This document shows, in pieces, positions 46,059 to 60,690 of a stretch of DNA of 64,000 nt. The DNA is from the human T2T-CHM13v2.0 reference genome, Homo sapiens. Below the pieces are notes generated by a model that was not told the DNA's origin, searched no databases, and saw only the letters and a list, made by a program, of their open reading frames with translations. Within the stretch, counting starts at the first letter, position 1. Each line of letters begins with the position of its first letter. The position numbers and the translations under genes are program-made. The DNA lies in assembly GCF_009914755.1 (NCBI RefSeq), contig NC_060933.1, one strand, 5' to 3'.

Positions 46059-48759
46059 AAAAAGGACAATTGGTTTCTTAAGTTGGAATACTGGGATAAA
46101 AAAGATCTGCCTCCCGTTCTCATCTCCTGAGTTTTGATGAGAAATGTCACTAGAATCCTCATCAAGGCAGATACTGTCTACTATGGGATCTTCCTCCCTC
46201 AAAGAGCAAGCAAAGGGTTGGCAAGGACCCCATTTCTGCAGTGTAACAAAGACAGTGTCAAGCCCAGAAAGGACTGGCCTTAGGTTCCAAAGACCAAGAT
46301 GGAGAGCTCAGCTGGAGTAAGAAAGCCTCTTCAATTTTTGGGATCTTAGGTTCCTCAGCAAAACAACATGAGGTTTACTCTCAGGTCCTTTCCAGCACCT
46401 TTTGAAAATTTCTAATTGGTATCTGAAAAATGGTCATCACCCATGATGAAGAAGCCAGCATGGCACATTTTACAAGCAGAAATGTGTTTGGTTCTCTCTC
46501 ATCCAGACGTATGGAAACATAATGTAATCTGTCACTCTAGTACCTAAATATTCCAAAAGAAGAGTTTTATGCTTAAAACATCTAAAAGGTCATTTATTTC
46601 CCCTTTATCTACATTATACATAATACCATGTTCATATAGGCTTGTGGATACAATCTTTTATCTATGGATTTGCTTACATCATTATTTCTCTCAACACTAG
46701 TTGCAAAGAACATTATTACTGTAAAGCCCTACCACATCCATGGTGTGTCTTTCCTTCTGTATAATGAAAAGATTATTTTGAAAGATTTTCACAATCAGAA
46801 AAGGTAACAGGCCTCTTAATATATTTTAAAAAATTGTTAATCACATTTACATTCCTTTTACTAAGCATATTTTTTATTTAATATGAACAATAGTCACTGA
46901 GCAGTTTGGTATACTTTTTAAAGGTTTCTATCATTTTTAAAAGCCTTGAAATAAAATATCACTCAAAATGAGGCCAAGATTATGCATATTTTAAAAAATT
47001 TCTCATAGAAACTAACCATCTGTACAATAATCCATTGTCTGCTCTACCAAGGTGATTTATTAAGGATAATGAAGCATATGATTTAATAGCTGCCACAAAT
47101 CCTTTTTCAAGGAAGATGGGTATAAATAATACAAAAAGATGGTCCAATAATAGCCAAATCCCAAGCTAAGAGCTATTCTATATGCTAGGTCACAGGAAAT
47201 TACATGAGCTCAATTAACTGTGGAGCAAAGTGAAGTGTGGCTAGGCAGCTAAGGCTCTAACCCCCATCTCCTACTTTGGTAGTTGGTGTTATTATTTAAT
47301 GAAACCAGTAAGCTCTACTATCATGGTGGAATTTGAGTAGCTTTTTTCCACATGACAACATAAAGCTCTCCAATTAAAAATGGACATTACCGGCACAAGT
47401 TTTCTAAAATCTTAAAAATCCAGATCTCTACAATTTGTCAGTGCAAATTATACTTGCACTGACAAGTATAATAGTGCTTTACTCAGCCTTATATTCCCAC
47501 AGTACTTTGCATTTAGCATAGTTTAATGTCTGGTGCTTTAAAGAATGGATGTATAAATGGGAACACAAGTGAGTGAGTGAATAAAATGAGGTCTCTAAAA
47601 TCCTTGCAGGAAAAAAAAACGAAAACAAAAAAAAACACACAATTCTGTGTTCCTCTGAGACCTGGTCCTAACAGTTAACACCACTTATACTTTTGAAAAA
47701 GTTTGCAAGGCCAGTTGTCAAGAGGTTATCTCCTTTGATGGCAAAGCTTTCCTTCAGCCAGTGTCCTATAAAGAAAAAAAGTCGCCAAATCGTACATGCC
47801 ATTTGAATACAGTATTTAAATATTAGCTCTTGGTTGCAACCTGACATACTCCTCTCCTGGCTAGCTCTGGCGATATTCAAGACTTTACAAGGCCCTGTGA
47901 AATCAGTGAGGCAAATTTCTAACAATAGGAAATACAAGCCATCAAATATGCCAGCTGTTTGGCATGAAAGACAGCCTGGCTGTGCCTTACAGGCATGGCA
48001 CAGCCATTCACTGATAAGCTGGCACAGCCAATCCTGTCCCGTGCCACCCAGCAAGTACATCAAAAACAAGATTAGATACTGCAAATCCTAGTGTCTAAGT
48101 AACACTGGGTTTCAGAAAATGTCCACAGCTCAACATAAACAAGAGGCCCATGTGTGAGACATATGTCACTTTCCCCCAAAAAAAGTGTGTGCTTCACCAG
48201 GCACATTTACCACCAGCATATTTTCCCACTGCAGTTCCTACGGCTCTTGCTCTTGTGAGTCTGGCTTGCCAGAACCGAGATCAATTTTATTAGATACCAT
48301 TAGTCTCTGTTAGGGCGGTCATTTGAATAACAACAGATTGGCAAGTATAAAACTAAGGCACCTGTTGTACATTTGGCAGCCTGGATGAGGCCCCTTAAAA
48401 CGAAAACAAATAAGAACTATAATCATGCCAGGCAATTGCTTTTGGTTCAATAATGGCCATGTGTCAGAATTAAGTGCATCTGGGAATTGCTACCGCAGCC
48501 AGATGTAAAGGCAGATTTGTCTTGTCTAGTCGCATATGAGTAGATACACACACTCTACTGAGATTTGGCTTTGTCCTGGTTTGGTAAGGAACTAGGTAAA
48601 TGAAACTTCACTCAAAATAATATAAAATTAAAATTAATTACAGAGGAGCAATAGACAATATCATCGTAAACTGTAGAACCTAAACAGATGGGTTGTAAGA
48701 TTTGGGCCATGAACTAATTCACCTCTGAGTTTTCTGGGCACACTAATTTGTTTACAGAA

Positions 48760-49500
48760 TACTCAACGATAACATCCCAATATTACTATTGCACCGAGCC
48801 AGGCCATGTAGTAGGAGCTGGAGATGTCACTGGGAATAAGACATGGACATTGGCTTCCAGGTGCTCCTAATAAAACAGAGTAAAAATAAGCAATTACAAT
48901 GCATTATGATAGACACTATATGTAGAATTTATTCGGTATTCTTTTAGTACCCAGAGAAAGGTACCCAGACTTGGGAGGAGGGAAATTTTCTAGGAAGAGT
49001 TGTCAGCTAAGCTATGCCCTGAAGGAAGAAAAAAATCAGGCAAAAATGGAAGGGTTGGGGACATTCCAAATGGAAGAGAGAGAGCATGCTCAAAATTACA
49101 GTAGAAAGAGTCAATGTGGTACATCTGGGAAACAGCAAATACTTTAGTATGGCTCAAGTGTGTGTGTGTTAGGGATGGAAGGAGTGGGGAAGAGAAAATG
49201 AATATGAGTATGGCAAGGTGGCAAGAGACAAAGCAGAGGAAAGGACATCAAAGGCCAGGTGCCTTTTGGTAAGGAATATTTCATGCTTTTTACAGACAGA
49301 AACAGGGAGCCACTGAAATATTTGAAAGCAAGGAATGACGTGATCAGATTTGAGTTTCTTAAAGATCATGCTGGCTGCAGAGCACAGAAGCAACTACAGT
49401 GAGGTCAAAACCAAACACAAGGAGACTGCACCCCAAGCATGAGAAGATGGGGGCCTTTCAACAGATGATACCTAATAACATGAAAAGACAGTGAATAATT
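48760..49500 (-). mobile_element. L2 relic
   Basis: GGGAGCCACTGAAATATTTGAAAGCAAGGAATGACGTGATCAGATT. Confidence 0.7.
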
Positions 49501-50450
49501 TGGTGGAAAGGAAGTTAGTATCTATTTTGGTATCCTCGATATAATACAAGTGTAACTGAGAGAAAACAGATTTTGAATGATAAAATTCAAAATTGAAATT
49601 AATATTTTCCTAAAATATTTTTTTTTGGTACATATAAATCAAATTCAGGTCGAGTCTGTTAAATAGTAAAAGTCGGATTAAAATAAACATAAGCAGTCCT
49701 TTCTTAAATCAGTAACTGAATATACATAACAGTATTTATTAAACTTATCATTCTTAATTTATAAGTATTATTTTAAAATGTGTATTGATAACCTCACTAT
49801 AAAAAAAACCCTTGCTACATATTACCTAAAAAAGTACACCCTGCTTCATGCTTCTAGGAAGTTATGTTTATAGATTAACTGGTAGAAAAACATATGGCTA
49901 AATAGGCCAGTGTATGCATGTGAGAAGCATTTTAGAAACCTGGGCAAAGAAGACTTAATTGTTCAGATATCATGAAAGCCATAAAAGACCGAGTAATTTT
50001 CCATGTAACTTTATTTTATGTATCATGTCTGATTTAAAACTTCGGGGTACCTTCTTGTCAGAGAAAAAATAATTTTCCAAATCATCAAACAAATATAAGA
50101 TCCTGTATTTTATTATTTATAAAATCATAATCAGAAATAGTTCTCTGAGGACTTACAGACAAGGAGAAGAGGCTAAACTATTATAAAATAGGTTAAATGG
50201 AAAAAATAATCAAATCATCCACCCTTATTGATAATGAAACTAACGGGTGAAATGAAAACAAGAGTATTTTAGAAGACATTATAATTAACAAAAGTTTCTC
50301 AGATAAAATGGTATAGGGCAGGCTGCCAATAAGCAGAATGCATATATAACAGTCACTTGGCATAATTCCATTTCTTTGATGGGTGACTGCTCTTCAGATA
50401 TCCCTGCTGGATCGATAGTTCTCTTTATAAAAATGCTTCTGATTTCTTAC

Positions 50451-50606
50451 CTGTTGGGCAGCTATGAAAATGGCAGCCTTTTTGATTTTAAGAACTATTC
50501 TTGGTGGAAATATTTCATTTAAACACTTCTGCTCCAGGACTGACCCCAGAGCTCTGGCAGTTGTATCACTGGCAGAATAGGATAAAATTTTAGAGCTGGA
50601 GGCCAT
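50451..50606 (-). other. Candidate cassette or cryptic exon (156 nt)
   Basis: Acceptor TTTTTTTTCTGCAG|ATGG and donor CAACAG|GTAAGA, both near consensus on the gene strand. Confidence 0.45.
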
Positions 50607-50648
50607 CTGCAGAAAAAAAAGGTCATCGAATCAAAACCCCTTTGGTAA

Positions 50649-51053
<405 letters not shown>

Positions 51054-51149
51054 TGAATTTGAGTCAAGAAAGCACCATGTCATTGGGCGTACTTGCCTGG
51101 ACGATGTGAGATAAATATTTTTTTTAAAATCATGTCATATACAAGAGTG

Positions 51150-51430
51150 AGGAGGTTAAGAGTGAGTGAAACAGATAAAAGTTGGGATGCTTGACTTAAA
51201 ATCTTGACCCTATGTTCCATCTTTATTACTTTTATCTATGCAACCTTGGGCAAATTACTTAATCTCTCCATGGATCAACCCTCTTCTGTGAAATGATGAT
51301 AATAAAACCATCTGACTTACACAGAATGTTATTTTAGACATTAAACATAATACTAAAGGTGAGGTACTGAGCAGAATGCCTGGCATATAATAAATGCTCA
51401 GTAAGTTTTAGAAATAATCACTATTACAAC
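51150..51430 (+). mobile_element. MIR
   Basis: ACCTTGGGCAAATTACTTAATCTCTC...GCCTGGCATATAATAAATGCTCA. Confidence 0.8.
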
Positions 51431-51554
51431 TATTACATATCAACCACTATGCTATAGCTGTAAATTTGAGAAAATTAATGAAATTTTTCCCCATAAAGGA
51501 ATTTTAATTTTTACCTATCTCAGGGTCCTGAGCATTGTGAGAGGTTTCTAATGA

Positions 51555-51962
<408 letters not shown>

Positions 51963-51999
51963 ATAATTCTTTAGTTCAACTCAATTCAACGAAAAGGAA

Positions 52000-52900
52000 T
52001 AGCACTTGAACTGAGCATTAGAAAATGAGAGAATAATAGGATTTCAATGGATACAAGTGAGGACAGCTGGTAAGAGAAAGGAGATTCCAGGAACAGTATT
52101 GGTAGAACTAAAGAGGTGCCCAAAAGCACAGCCTCCTCAATGACTGCAGGGAATGTGATACTGCACAAGGGCAGAGTATCACAGGGCTATGGTGAGGGAG
52201 AAGGCTAGACATGCAATTTGGGAGCAGACTGCAAAGGGCTCTGATGGCTGTGTTGAGTATTGAGCACTTGATCAAGTAGACTTGAGCAAGTTTGCCTTTC
52301 ATAAAGCAAAAATTAGGAAGACTCAAAGAGGAGAAATGAGAAAACACAAAAACCACCTAAGAAGCTGCATATGGAGTGCAGAACACATAGGAAAGGTAGA
52401 AATGGAAAGGAAATAAAGTGAAAAGATTACAGGAGGAGAATCTACAAAATTGCCTGAGGATAAGAACAAAAGGAAGAAAAGAGATAGGGATGACACCAAG
52501 GTTTCTAATCAAGGGATAACTCAGATGAAGTATGAAGAAAAGAGAAATAGATATGGATGGAAGATAGTATTTTGGGTTTACAAAATACAATGTTTGGGAT
52601 ACAGGAGAGCCTCCCATTTCCCAGTCATGTAACAAGCAGATAGAAATGCACGTCTGGAACTCCAGAGACAAGCGAGGAAATTTATTTTGAAGGTTATCTA
52701 TGTAGAAATTATTGTTTCTATGAGAAGTGGACAGACATATGGCAGGAGACAGTACAGATAGCCACCTGAAAGGGGATATAGATAAAATGAAAATAAAAGA
52801 GTTTAGAATGGAGATGGAGACATAGATGCCAAACATCAAATGGAGACAGAGTTCCATGTTGATGAAGAAAGTGAATGTCAAAGAAGTAACTGACAAAGAA
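52000..52900 (-). mobile_element. L2 relic
   Basis: Purine-rich sequence with GGATGACACCAAGGTTTCT-type L2 motifs. Confidence 0.55.
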
Positions 52901-54179
52901 CAACTTCCATCCATGGCATATTTCCAATGGAAGATGCTTCCAATATTTTATTCCTCTAGAAAAACATAGTTGCCTCTTTTCTTCCCCCTCCCCGAGAAAA
53001 GCAAAAATGGTTACCTGGCCAGTAAGTAGATTTAGAATATTTAAGATACATCCAACAAACTACTCTTATTTCTAGCTAGCCAAATAATCTTGATAGATCT
53101 TTTTAAAATAAGACATAAATCAATGTATCTACAAAATCATAATGAGCTATTTCAACCAGAGAAGTCTGAATTGGTTTTTCTCTCAAAATTCTCTAATAAT
53201 ATTTCAGTTAAGTTACTACTACAAGTAGTTGGAATGTGTTTTCACAGGGAGGCCAGGATCTACTTGTGTAGTAAGAAATCATTAGAGCATACTCAAAATG
53301 TCCCTTTAGATGGGATGGGCCAGGAGGAAGGAAGACGGAGAAAATTTTTATTTTAAACATTGAAAACATATGTCTTGTTGACCTATAAGCAGACACTGGA
53401 TCAGCATTTGATGTGTCTAGTCTAATTTCTCCCTGTAAAATTGTACTGGTGAATCTTAGGGAGACAGAAGGCAGTAAATTCCTTGCCTCCATCAATACAT
53501 TTGACCTCAGAGCAAACCCCACAACTGGCTACAGGCACCCACCATCCATCATTGCTCTTGAAACCTGATACTTCAGGGAAGGACAGCTGCACTGGGCAAA
53601 AGTCTAAGCAGCTTTCTAAGATGCACTACCATTAAAGAAAAAAAAAAAAAAGGCACTTATTCTGCTTCAGTATTTTAATTAACTGCTTTTCTAAACATTT
53701 CTTCCCCCAAACTGAAACTCCAAATCAAATATCCCCAGGAATATATTAATAAAATTTAGACTTTAAAGAGAAACGCTCTCTTTGTGCATTCTAGGTAAAA
53801 TTATTTCTAGCTTTTGCTTTAAATGCTTTCTAAGATAAACAACATACCGTGCCATGCTAATATGTACAGACTTTAATAAATGTGCTAAGCAGAAAAAGAT
53901 AGTTCTAGCAACTACACTAATTATAGCAGTACACACAGAGTGCCAACAGGAAAAACGTACACAAAACATCCGTATCCAACAGATCTTAATTTTTAAGTCA
54001 AGTGGCAATCACTTTTAACAAATAGCTGAAGACAACAGAACTCTATCATAGGAACTAGTGTTCTTGAATATGGTATGTTCATTACGTGACTTCTACATTC
54101 GAGAATTATGTAAATTTAAAATACAAAATAAGATAAATTTGTATGATCAAACTGGATATTCATTACATGTATGGTTATT

Positions 54180-54320
54180 CATTCCCTCCATTTTACAGAT
54201 GATGAAACTAAGATTCTGAAATGTTTTATCATTTCCTCCGAGAGCTCACAGATAATAAGTGGCAGAACTGAGGCATAAATTCAGTTCTTCCTATAAGAAC
54301 TGAATGTTCTTTTCACTGTA
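54180..54320 (-). mobile_element. MIR
   Basis: CCATTTTACAGATGATGAAACTAAG. Confidence 0.7.
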
Positions 54321-57300
54321 GCCTAAAAAGAAAGGAACCGGGGTCGAGATTTTGCAATTCTTTAGCATCATCTTAATATGTATTACATGCACGCATGGTT
54401 AAATGAGAATTAACAATAACTGATTTCCAACCATTTATGAAATCATTACTAATACAACCCTTTTAGTTAATAAATGAAATCCATCTACTAACGGTTTAAA
54501 AAAAAAAGATGTCTCTTGTTACTTGTGATCCAATCATTACAGAGGATCACTTTATGTATTTGAAAGTACAATTTCTCCAAACCCCAAAGCAGTACTGAGA
54601 AATGCTGTTTTCTAAATACAATTCCCAAATCTCAATTTAGTTAGCTACTGCTACATTAAAGGACATAGCTCAAGGGATGTTGTTAATAAAAAAAGAAAAA
54701 GAAAAAGACAATTGAGAATTTATAAATTTAATCAATCTCATGCAACTGGCAGAGTTACGAGAGTTAAATCTAGTAAATAGCCATGTGGCAAAGGTCACTA
54801 TGCTCCTGACATTGTTATCTGAATGTCAAGGAAGAAGCAAACTTAGCCTTTCTGGTCAATGAATTCAAAGAACTAAGAGAAAGCCTTGACTCAGATGGCT
54901 GCTTTGGCTCTTACATTTTGTTGTAAATGCTGGAGGAGCCAAAGTGGGGACCTGCCACGTAAAAGCAGCCATTTACAAAGGAAAGCAAGGTTTGCTCGTC
55001 GCAGGTGAAGAGGGAAGAACATAAGTTGTCTCAATACTACTTGCCTGCTGGTATACATGACCTACTAGCTTACAGACAGAATGAGCTGTCTTAGCTCTCC
55101 AAACTGTCATCTTTTTCATTTAGTTTACTTATCTATGACACATAGGGATTTGATTTGAAGGACAGCAGAGGTTAAAAAGCCATCAAAAAGCTCAGTTTTG
55201 CTGTCTCTCTCTTTTTTCCCCCTTTTGGTAATTTTCAAAATGTCATAGGCCAACTGAGTAGTATTAATATGGTCCTGTTAAATGTATTAGCATCAAACTA
55301 AAAATAATTAACAGGAAGATACAGAATTAATCATTTTGTGAGGGAGGAGGGAGGCACTGCAGGCATTGTTTTAGTCCATTTTTTTCCCTGTGAGTTGCTT
55401 CGAGGAGCGTGGCAGTACACACGGATGTAATACGTAAAGTACATAATGTCTAAGTCCTAAAAATATTTTATAAATAAACTGTTAAGAGAAAAAAATGCAA
55501 ACTGTTGATTTCTTGAAAGCAAATGGGTAATTTATTAAGGGGGAAATGAGAGACACAGGTCTTCAGTGTAATCTTTTGAACTATGTTTCGTAAGAATTCT
55601 AATTCATTAATTCTCCAGTCTAGCACCATTGTGATGGCATTATTATTTAGGTTACATTAAGTCAGACTGCTGTAACATATAAGCATTTGCTCTTTGACCT
55701 TCCTAAGACTTATGACGCAAAGAAAATGCTGAACTTTTACATCTGAGGCTATAATTTCATATAATGAACAATCAGGAAGCACAAGTCACATATTCTTTTA
55801 GCTATCTTTCTTAAGGGCTTAATTGTGGAGAGTTGAAATCCATTTTTATTTTTTTAAAAAAGGGAGAGAATTTGGACACTTTGTGGAAACAGATGTAAGC
55901 CAAGCATGACATTTTAATAAGTGTCACCAGCTACCAATTAGAAGCAAATGAGATTACCCATATAGAAAATGTATCCCAAACAAACCTATCCTTTGGTAGA
56001 AATGTCACTGTGCCATGAAATTACAGAAGCTTAAACAAGTGATGCTTGTTCAAATGAAATTTACTGACAAATCCCTTCTAAGCAATCTTCTTCCACATTA
56101 TCAGATTTCTTCAGTTGATGTGTTACATAGGAATTCTCAATCTTGTAGTTCACAGAGAGAATAACTCTTCTCTTTGCTCTTTCTTGGCAAATCACTGATA
56201 ATATAAAAAAGAATGTTTTAAAACACTGGTTTTGCTTGAGGCAGTAAGCTGCCTCTTTGCCATCACAAGTAAGCAGCTTTCCTAAAAGATATTTTCAAAG
56301 AAACTGAACAGTAGAAAGATGAAATAACAACAAAAAAAGGTAAATAACTCCATAAAACCAAAAGAGATTCAGACTAAATTTGGTTTAAATCACATGTAAC
56401 TATTATCACTTTAAGAAAATAGGAAAAAGTAAAGCATTTTTTGAATACTCTGGGAAAACTGGATAATTATATCTATATTTAGCACTTCATATATCTGGGC
56501 ATGTAATACAAATCCTGTATATTTCGTGACCACTAAGTTGAGTACACTACATAAAACGTAAAGTTTATTTTCGAGATTCCTAGAAACTTTTGGGAATTAA
56601 AAAGGTACCATGATTAAAGGCTTTCTGCATAGATATTTTAAGTGTAAACCTAAGTCTGATGCTCCTAGGATCACAAGTTAGAGCACAAGAGCACACACAC
56701 ACTTGACTCTTATACTGCCTGCAAATACACAATGAAACTAAAGAAGGGTTGTTTTAAAATAAAAGGTAAACTAAGGAAGGATAGTTTTAAAATGAAGTCA
56801 TCTTTGAAATATTCACCTTTCTTGAAATGACACTTTTCATATGTGATTGTGTTAATGAATTCTTAATTATGCATAGAATCCTTTTAAAAATAGAATTGTC
56901 CAATGGTTTGATAAATCAAGTTTGGTCTGAAGGAAATCTAATATGCAAATACTTACAGTGTACTCTTTTACAAACAGTCACCCTTGTCAGTTTGAAAAAT
57001 TGAAAATCAACGAAAGAACAGTTTAAGTATACTTGACCTCACTGCCTAATGTCTCTCAAGATTGCCATGGCTGGTCGATTTCAAATCTGTGAAACTGACA
57101 CTTAAAAATGTATAGTGCGTCTTCAGTCCAGGTCCCTCAAGTGCTAACTAAACTGTGGTCACAGCCTCAGATTTTCTTTCCATACAAACTTGTACAGCGG
57201 TTACAAAGCTACTTTAATCACATCATCAATCTATGCCTATACTTCCCTTAAAGTAATTCTGCTTCATTTATCTTTTAACCCTACATTATGCAAATAATAT

Positions 57301-60072
57301 CCTTATCAGTCCAATAAAGAAAAGTTATTAATGTTCCTTCTTGTTTATCTTTGTCATACACTGAGAACGGGAATCACATATGAATTTGCACCAATACCTT
57401 TTCTCTTTTCTATTTTTCACACTCTATATGGAAAATCATAGTGCCAGAGAAGCCCTAAATAAAATTCTTGAAATAGTCTTCAATCATTGTCTATAACTAG
57501 TATCAGAATATGAGTTAATGTATTAAAAAGGAAAAAACAAAAACTTGGGGGAATGCCTACTTGAATTTTTTTTTTTTTAATGTCTCTCTAGGAAGGGTTT
57601 GCATATGCCATACCAGGATACCTCCTGGATATAAGAACAGTTATACAGGCCCCTAGTGGCTTAGCAAATAGCAGCAGATGAGGGGATTCCAATTCTTAGT
57701 TCCAGACTTTGAGATATTCTGGATTTAAATAAGTGTCAATCTTAAAAGGCAAATCAAATCACTGTATTTAATACTTTAAGCAGTTTTACATCTATGGTTA
57801 TCTACTCTAACGCACATATATTAAAATAAATTGCTGCATTTCATTACTTGAGTAACTGCACAACTGCTCTGGCCCAAGAAGAATCTGTGTTACATAACCT
57901 ACACAATAAAATGTTTAATTCATCCACCTTTTTACATGTCATGCAAAAATAATACATTACTCAACTATATTAAAATATATTTGAGAGAGACAGTGTTCCT
58001 ATTTGAATCTTATTCCTATTATATATTACTGAGGGCCATAAGAACAGATGATTTCTATGCAAAGTACTATTTAAAATAAGATACAGATAAAAATTGAATG
58101 CCACTTTTACAGGAGTAAAAATCTAAACGTATTTCCCAGTAACAGCCAGTGATACAACTCACATTGGAGTCCATCTATTTTTAAAGATCTACAATTAATA
58201 ACACCCATTAATCCCCCATCCCCTTGCTGTCCTTCCTTCACAAAAGAAAATTCCAGGCAGGCACATTTACAGCTTTTAGCAATTTTTAACTGGACACAAT
58301 CTGACAGCTGAATTCATGAAACTGACCAGCTTGTCAATTTCACACTTTGAAAGTACAATAATAGCTGATAGCATGAGGGTGAATTTAAGAAATCTGCCAC
58401 AGAATTGCTAGCTCCATTGAAAAGCAAAGTACAGTACATAATTATGGAATGTGGGAGGTAGGGAAAATTTTATTGTCCATTTAGGATGTCTGTTTCCATA
58501 AGTCAGACACGGAACATTGAAAATGTGTTCTCTTTTTGCTATAGTGTCTGTAGCATAAAGCAGAATATATGTTCAAAGTAAGTAAGATACTAAGCCTTTT
58601 ACTGGGTATTATTATATTACATATACAACTTAATCTTAAGTTATTATCATCTACAGATCCCTTTACATCAGAATGTTTCAAGTTTTGGTATATCATCCTT
58701 GTTTTACTCAAGTTGAGTGGTTGGTGTGTGCACTTTGAAACAGAGAAAAAAATACTGAAAATGGTCAGAAGTATCTATGGTTGAACTAAGTCCCCAGAGA
58801 TGCGCTACAGGATGGTTAGAAAAGAATACACCAAAGGATAAAGTCCACATTTGTAGCTCAGTAAATTTAACAGCAAACCTATTTCAAGTCATAAGCAGTT
58901 ACTAGCCTCTGAGAGGTTCAAACTGTGTGAGCTACACTCTGTTAAGTCACTGGCACTGTGTCTTTGCACATGTAAATATATATATATAACTTTAAGAGGA
59001 AATACAAGGAGAACGAGCCCTCAGGAATCTTCCTAGATACTTAAGGTGCAAACTGTAGATGAGGCTGGGGGATTACTCTGAGAATTTTAGAAAACGGAGG
59101 AGACATTTGGCAAGTAGCGTACTGGGAGGCGAACTGGAAACAATAAAAGTGGATTGTGATAGTCCTGGTTTTGGAGAATGGAACTACTATCTGGAATCCT
59201 GGAACACCAAATTAATGAAAGCCAAGCTCACACTTGGTGTTCAAGATTTTTTTAAGCATAAGACTTAAAAACTGACTTCACTTGCTAGTGCTTTTAAATG
59301 AAAATCAACGTCCAGAGAAGCAATGCAAGTTTTCTACACACCCACATAAAAGCTACAATAAATCTATGGGAAAGCAAATAATCTTTGGTTTGTTCGTGGC
59401 TTTCTTTTTAAATTGTTTCTTACAACTTTGACTCTTCATTATAAAAGATGCGTTCCCTTCCCTACGGAATGAATGTGTGTGTTAAGTACACCAGATTCCC
59501 GCAGCTGAACTACGAGCTTTGATTCTGCCACGGGAAGGTCTCCCAAACAATCCCCCTCCTCTATGGCAGCTGCGTAGACTTTGATTCCTGCTATTTCTCC
59601 TTCTCCCCACTAGTTCAGAGGAAAGAAAGAAAAAGAAATCGCCCCCTCACCGTAGTCAGCCCTCCTTAAAACAGTAATCCCTGCCTTTAAAAAAGGCGGT
59701 GGCAGGATCCCTGGGTAAGGGTGGATTGCCCCACCGCTCCACCATTTGCCCCCAATACTACGCCCACCCTAGGAGGAGAGAGCGGGGGTCGCACAAATAC
59801 ACATACCCGGACACCCCCATTCTCTAGAGTCGCCTCTCTCCCGGGTCTGAGGTTTCAGGCGAGAAGTGAACCCAGCAGGAGAGGACCTCTGCCCGAGGAG
59901 GTCCAGAGGAGCAAACTGTGCGCTCCGGTGCCCGGGCGCCGGGCTCGCGGAAACGCGAGCGTGTCGCTCTGGCTCGGGAGGCGCCGGCAGCCGGAGCCGG
60001 GCGCAGGGCGATTCCGGAGCAGCAAGAGGGGAAGACACCGCGGGGCGGACGGGGTCAGTTCCAGGGACTCAC

Positions 60073-60080
60073 CTGGTCAT
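60073..60080 (-). CDS. Putative start of CDS, ATG ACC AG (Met-Thr-Arg/Ser), phase-2 exon end; could instead be a uATG
   Basis: ATG at 60080-60078 in a good Kozak context (GCCAACATG, A at -3), 8 nt before the donor. No downstream coding exon was recognised in the window. Confidence 0.5.
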
Positions 60081-60690
60081 GTTGGCCCCGGGCAGCCGCC
60101 GCCACCGCCTCCCGCGCCGCCGCCAACACTTTCCTCCAGCGCCTTCGCGCCCCGCCACGGCCGCGCCGCCGCCTCCGGGCGGCCAATTTAATCCCGCGGA
60201 GCAGCGGCCGCCGCCGCGGAAGCCCCCCTGGTCGCCGCCGCCGCCCAGCCCTCGTGCGGCCAGCCCAGTCCAGAGCGAGGAAGTGGAAGAGAGTCAGCGA
60301 GTGAGTCCAAAAACCCGAAATCCAGCATCCAAGGCAGCGCGTCCCCCCGCCCTCCCTCCACCCCTACCCCCTTTTCCTCCTCCTCCGCCTCCTCCTCCTC
60401 TTCCCGGGCCGTCCTCTTGGCCCTTCTGAGCCCGCGGCTTCCGCGGCGGTTTCTCCTCCTCCCGCTCCTCCTGCTCGCCCTGCGCCCGCTTCTCTCGCTG
60501 CCGCCGCCGCCGCTGTTTGTCTCCTCCCCCTCCTCCTCCTCCTCCTCTTCCTCCTCCTCCCGCTCCTCGATGCTCCGCCGCTCGCGGCTGGGGGGTCCGG
60601 GGCCGCGTCTCCTCTCCTCCCTCCGCCTCTCCTCTTTCCTCCTTCCTGCTGCCTCTTCTTTTAAAGCGGATTCTTTGGCCACAAATAGCA
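60073..60690 (-). other. First exon (long GC/purine-rich 5' UTR) of an unidentified gene; TSS uncertain, about 60300-60700
   Basis: The minus strand reads CGGGGCCAACATGACCAG|GTGAGTCC. This is a consensus 5' splice site (GT at 60072-60071) on the downstream side of the CpG island. Confidence 0.8.

Noticed and set aside
52357-52914. 185-aa hydrophobic ORF
   Set aside because: It lies in a pyrimidine-rich L2 relic, has no recognisable domain, and composition explains it.
60073-60690. Assigning a gene symbol
   Set aside because: Only 8 putative coding nt are visible, so any name would be a guess; BLAT would settle it.
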